Shown: positions 59,024-64,000 of the stretch, piece after piece
How the letters are laid out: every line of letters begins with the position of its first letter
Numbering within the stretch: position 1 is the stretch's first letter
Assembly (NCBI GenBank): GCA_002269645.1
Contig: NIVC01000132.1
Span: forward strand, 387,028 to 451,027
DNA: 64,000 nucleotides
Direction: 5' to 3'
DNA from: Macrostomum lignano
Taxonomy: Eukaryota
Notes under the pieces: model-generated
The model's database searches: none
The model's input: only the letters and a program-made list of their open reading frames with translations
Told to the model about the DNA's origin: nothing
Made by a program: the position numbers and the translations under genes

Positions 59024-59295
59024 AGTACAATAGTACTTTACTTTAACACGTACTTAGGCTATCTGTCAGGAATCATCATACTTAGTCATGTTCAATTTAA
59101 AAATGACGCCAATCCGAAGTATTAAATATGTACACAGTATAACAATGCATGTTAACAAACAAAATTAATATCTCGCTTTTAGCAATAATTATATTTAAAA
59201 AATATGAAAAGTAACAACAAATTAGACTTACATTACTAAAAACTTTTCAGTCATTATTATTCCATATATGCACCGGAAATCGAATGAGTGGACAG

Positions 59296-60441
59296 GGCCC
59301 GTGCCATAGAATCTTAACTCTTAACTCTCTACTTACTCATACTCTTAACTCCTAAATCCTTAAGAGTGTCCTAACTCCTAGCTCCTAGCTGGCTTTTCTG
59401 TGCTATAGAATCAAGAGTAAATTTTAAGAGCTAGGAGGCTCCTTAAGGACGTTAGGAGACTCCTGGGTGAATTTAGGAGACCTCATTAAGGTCCGTGGCA
59501 TGCTATAGAATTAGGTTAGGAGAGGAAGTCTAGGAGCTAGGAGTTGGCTTTTAGGAGTGATTCTAGGAGCGTGTGTCCTATAGAATGAGAAAATTTCGCT
59601 CCCAACTCTTGACTCCTAAGCAAGAGTTCAAGGGTCAATTTTCACTTTTAGACAAGCTAGGATTATAATGTTTTCGGACAATTCTTTGATAATTAGACTG
59701 GTGTATTATTTTCTTTATTGATATTTACAAGTATACATGTACATTTAGACTTCTTACTTTTAAATTTGACCATGCATACTTTTTTGTGACTACTACAATT
59801 ACAGTACATGTACATGTATATACTCGTACATGTATGTATTAAAGCGTGGTATTTAATACTGAAGAAATCAATGATTTTGAATGCAGCTAGGCCTATCTGG
59901 TAACAAAGTAAAAATTACTAGAATGCAACTATTATTTATTATTATTACAGCATTTGATACTCTTCTGCATTGCTTGGTCAACACATAATAAAACGAGTAA
60001 ATACGCTAAGTATAATTTATATAGGCAGTCACAGATGTGTTTCATATTATGCTATTAATGGTTATCATAAATTGGCACTGCTTAGTTGTTATAAATTTGT
60101 ACTAAATGCACCAAAGAGAACCTCATTGCGTGCAGCGATGGCTCTCACAAATGATATTTTTTGAGCAATTTGCATTTTCACTCCTGAGATTCAATCTTTA
60201 AAGACCATAAAGTTAGGATTGTGATATAGCACACAATTCTCTATCATCCTTAAACAATTGTGCAACACTCCTTGAACACACCCCCACTCCTAGGCTGCAC
60301 TCCTTGCAAGAACTCTTAGCTCCTAACTCTTAACTCCTGAAATCTTTAGCATACAAAATTCAATCACTCCTTGTCAAGAGTATTCTTGAGTCCTAGTTCG
60401 TAGCTCCTAACTCCTAACTCCTGATTCTATAGCATAGGCCC
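59296..60441. mobile_element. MITE/foldback-like element with TTAGGAG/CTCCTAA repeat arms
   Basis: Imperfect TIR GG(G)CCCGTGCCATAGAATC / GGGCCTATGCTATAGAATC; CAG on both flanks (59293-59295, 60442-60444); internal TGCTATAGAAT repeats and heptamer arrays in both orientations. Confidence 0.65.
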
Positions 60442-61264
60442 CAGTGAAGCAAACCATGTACAACATTCTCACATTGAGTGATATCAAAAAATGTGTCTAA
60501 GGCTAAGGCAATTTTTAACTTTAGAATTGTTCATATAACTTCTTGCTTGCAGCCTAGTTGATCTTATAAGCACTCGATTATATCATGCATTGTCATGCCA
60601 TAGCCTAGGCATCAGCCAGCATGCAGCAATGGATAGACCTAGCCCTAGACCTAAGTAATTAGCAGTCCCAGTTCTTACATTTTCAATACATGACAACAAT
60701 TGTTTGATAAATGCATTAGGCGTAAGCCATTATAAGCAATTCCTTGTCACATGCTATGACCCCTGATTTATTGCATTATTTAGCTATTTGACGATCCTAC
60801 AAGCAATGCATTTGTTCTGCACAAAAATTGTCAAATTGCTAGGTAATTTATCATTTTGCCTTTCTGTAACTACATAGTATAAAGTGTAAAGGCACAGGCA
60901 CTTATAAATCTCAACCATATGATTAAAAATAAAATTTCACAAAAATGTAATAGTTGAACACAACCTGAACAAAGCAACAAAACAAAAAGCAAAAGAAAGA
61001 AATTCAATAAGGGGTAATATTTGCAATTCTTATTGGTTTCAAGCATTTTTTTTCTTTTATATTCTATCTACAAAGTATAATCTATGTAGATAGACAGAAA
61101 TTGTATCATGTGCCAATTCTAGTTGCTAATGCCTATATTTAGGCCCTATTGATAATTATATCTGCAATTGCCAATTGTTGCCTTAGTCTAGGGCCTAATT
61201 GGTTATTGGTTTTTTGCTAATCCTAAAATGCAAAATCGCATCCAACATCCAGATACTATAGGGC

Positions 61265-63056
61265 CACCATTTTATCTCCTTGTTCAAAAAAACAAGCAAA
61301 ACTTCAATTGAAACACTTTAAGAAAAATTAGTGCTTACAGAAATTCAATTCAAACAAAGTCCTTTTCTATTAAAATAGAAGAACTTCAATTTAGACTATC
61401 TATGGCCAAAACTGTCCCTGAGTGACAGGCATGCACAAATTTGAAATTCAAAAGAAACAAAGTCACATTCTATTTCAACAAGTTTATATACATAGATACA
61501 AATACATTTTTAGTACATTAATCTAACTTTTTGTTTTTCTTATACTGCAGAACTGTACAATTGTTGCTCAATGAGAAATGATATCAATGCTGAAGATCAG
61601 ATTGAAGAAGACAATGAATTGTTGGAAAAAGATAAAATCAATAAATTTGAAGCAGAATTTGATAAAGATACATATTATGGAACAGCAGCCTTGTCAGTAT
61701 GCTATTCTAAGTAATAATGACAAAAACCATATCATCAAGGCTGCTGAACATAGGGATGACTTTGTGGAACTGGCGCGCCAACTTGGAATCAAGAGGTCAA
61801 TGGCGTACACAATTGTAAGGTCAGGAGAGTGGAAAGCAGCCCAAAGGTGGAGCCAAATGATTCAAGTGGGATTAAAAATGCAGGCCTACAACTTAGTCTC
61901 ATCAAAGCAAATCTGCTTTATCATTCTAAAAGAAATGAATGCTAATCTATGCCAGCAACTCTAGAAAAGCTGCATGTAACAGAGAAAATGATCAGCATTA
62001 AGCTTGATAGAGCTCTGTACACCACTAAGATCTCCTGCAGATTGCAACTCCTGTTATATGATCAAAGTGAGGAGAGAGTTTTATAAGTGGCTTTGTTCTG
62101 TTGATGTTATATCTGGTTACAAGATTTTCATTGATGAATTTGGCTTTAATATGTAGATGAGACAATCAATAGGATGCTCTTGATGTAGTAAATGCATATA
62201 TAGGCAAGTGGCTATTCAGAAGGGACTTTAAGTTACAATCTGCTTGGCCATTTGTCCAGGTGTTGTGCACTACCAAATTTATGATAAGGGCATGACTAAA
62301 GAGAAGTTTAATGAGTTCCTGCAGATCACCATTGGCAACTTCCAAGCTGAGTTCCCAGTCTTGTGTTTTTATGTTGTCATCAACAATGTAAGTTCTTACC
62401 ATATTGATAGTTGATACTGAAGACTTACGAGATTCTGGACACCATTTAGGTCAAGTAGCTTCCACCATACAGTCCATTTTTGACTCCTATAGAGAACTTA
62501 ATCTCTTGTTGGAAGGCTGCTCTGAAGAGAGAACTGGCAGCAGACTAGCAAGAGTTCATTGCTCCAACAGCTGAGCAGCATGGGAATCAGTCAATGGTGG
62601 CCTATTGGCAAGACATTCTGTACATAGTGGACAGAACATTGGCTGCATCTTTGCAGACAAGTGCAATGAGTGGTTCAACCATGTGTTTACATATGTCCCA
62701 TTGCTGCCTTGATAGACGGGCAATTGATGGTTAGGTGTTGCAAGTTGGCCAATTAACACTGTCTTGTTCTTGTTTTTCATTTACTCTTAGGTTTGTCAAT
62801 TTATTATGTTTTATCTCTTGAGTCTCTGTCAAAATAGAATATGACTTTGTTTTTTTGAATTTCAAATTTGCGAGTGCACGTTTCTTGGGGACAATTTTGG
62901 TCATAGACAGTCTGAATTGAAGTTCTTTTGTTTTAATAGAAAGGACTTTGTTTGAATTGAATTTCTGCAAGGGCTAATTTTTCTTAAAGTGTTTGAATCA
63001 AAGTTTTGCTTTTTCTTTTGAATAAGACTTTGTTCAAAATAGGACATCAAATGGTG
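61265..63056 (+). mobile_element. Degenerate Tc1/mariner (IS630-like) transposon with ~200-bp TIRs
   Basis: 61265-61480 is the reverse complement of ~62825-63056 (e.g. aaacactttaagaaaaattag..cagaaattcaattcaaacaaagtcc); TA at 63057. Transposase remnants: HTH ELARQLGIKRSMAYTIV, IFIDEFGFN (~62124), VVINNVSSYH, LPPYSPFLTPIENLISCWK (~62459-62515). Several stops and frameshifts. Confidence 0.85.
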
Positions 63057-64000
63057 TAGTATTAAAAATGTGATAAATTATAAAAAATAAAGATTATGAA
63101 ACTTTGACTTTTTGTTGATAGAAATAAGTATCTTGAGTAATTTTATTTAGTATTCAAAATTTAGGATACCAAACTAGCATTGATTTAGTGCCTCCTATTA
63201 AGGGACCCAACAAAATATTTTTTAATAAACTTGTGTAGCTTCTAAGCTATCAGCCTTGAAGTCTTAGCATTTCCTCCTAGTAGCCTAAACCTTTTATATA
63301 TCTTAGCAATTCCCTCTATAAACTTTGAAATCTTACCAATCCTCCCTTTCCCTAAGCTTTAACATCCAAATAGCAGTTATAATCCATTTTTGTCATTTAC
63401 TAAATAATATTTTTCATTATGATTATGACTCTATCTATATAATTTTATTTATAGACACCTATAGTACACTGAGTATTTATGGCAGCAACAAATATAATAT
63501 GCCTATGGAAATTATTGACTGTGGTTTAAAGCTTTGATTATTAGAAAAGTTAAAATCATCAAAATGTTACAAATATGTATATATTAGTTAATAAGATTAA
63601 GATCCAAAGAACTGTTTCAAAAATTCACAAAAGTAGTTTTGTTATATAATATATAATATATAATGGTGGCCATATTATATTAAAATAATATAGCTTTTTG
63701 CAGCCCATTCGGGCTAATGCACATTTAATTTAATCCAAGATAGTTTGCAATGTAATGGAGCTTTTGTCTATGGTAGCAAGGCTGGCACAGCGCATTTAAT
63801 TTGGTCCAACAAGCATTCAGTTTAGTCCATAGTTTCATTTGCAACTGCTGCGGAGGAGCTAGATCAGCCCAGAATTGTGGACCATATGCTAGGCTGTCAA
63901 ACGAATGCATTGACTTGTGATCGAAGCACTCGACAGAGGTGAACACCCAAAGGCTGCTGAATGTAAAAGAAAATATGGTTTACAGCATCCAGCAGCGCGT

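Noticed and set aside
63725-64000. Possible LINE reverse-transcriptase tail on the minus strand
   Set aside because: Only a faint resemblance (AFV..LAYGPQFW) across frameshifts, truncated by the window edge.

Overview
Eukaryotic (metazoan-type) genomic DNA: GT-AG introns, AT-rich intergenic sequence, many transposon relics. The organism cannot be fixed from the sequence. Hand-splicing gives two convergent genes. (1) A + strand gene spans about 7.8-51.9 kb and is not visible as such in the ORF track. It encodes five degenerate galectin-fold domains: one N-terminal and four in tandem at the C-terminus. Between them lies a ~35 kb coding block (9411-44462) built from ~83 copies of a 77-aa acidic module (A) and 20 copies of a ~234-aa module (B) in higher-order arrays. 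The predicted product is ~12,700 aa (~1.4 MDa) with no signal peptide or TM helix. Every B module holds an in-frame GT..AG pair, which could allow length-tunable splicing. Frameshifts are confined to 24.2-37.5 kb and look like uncorrected long-read errors. (2) A - strand RNF217-like RBR E3 ligase has a separate C-terminal TM exon. The rest is a degenerate NOF/Mutator-like transposase with Ulp1/PHD-like remnants, a Tc1-like relic with long TIRs, three MITE-like elements, tRNA-derived SINE-like sequences and several mini/microsatellites. All domain calls are by eye against remembered family consensus; no searches were run.
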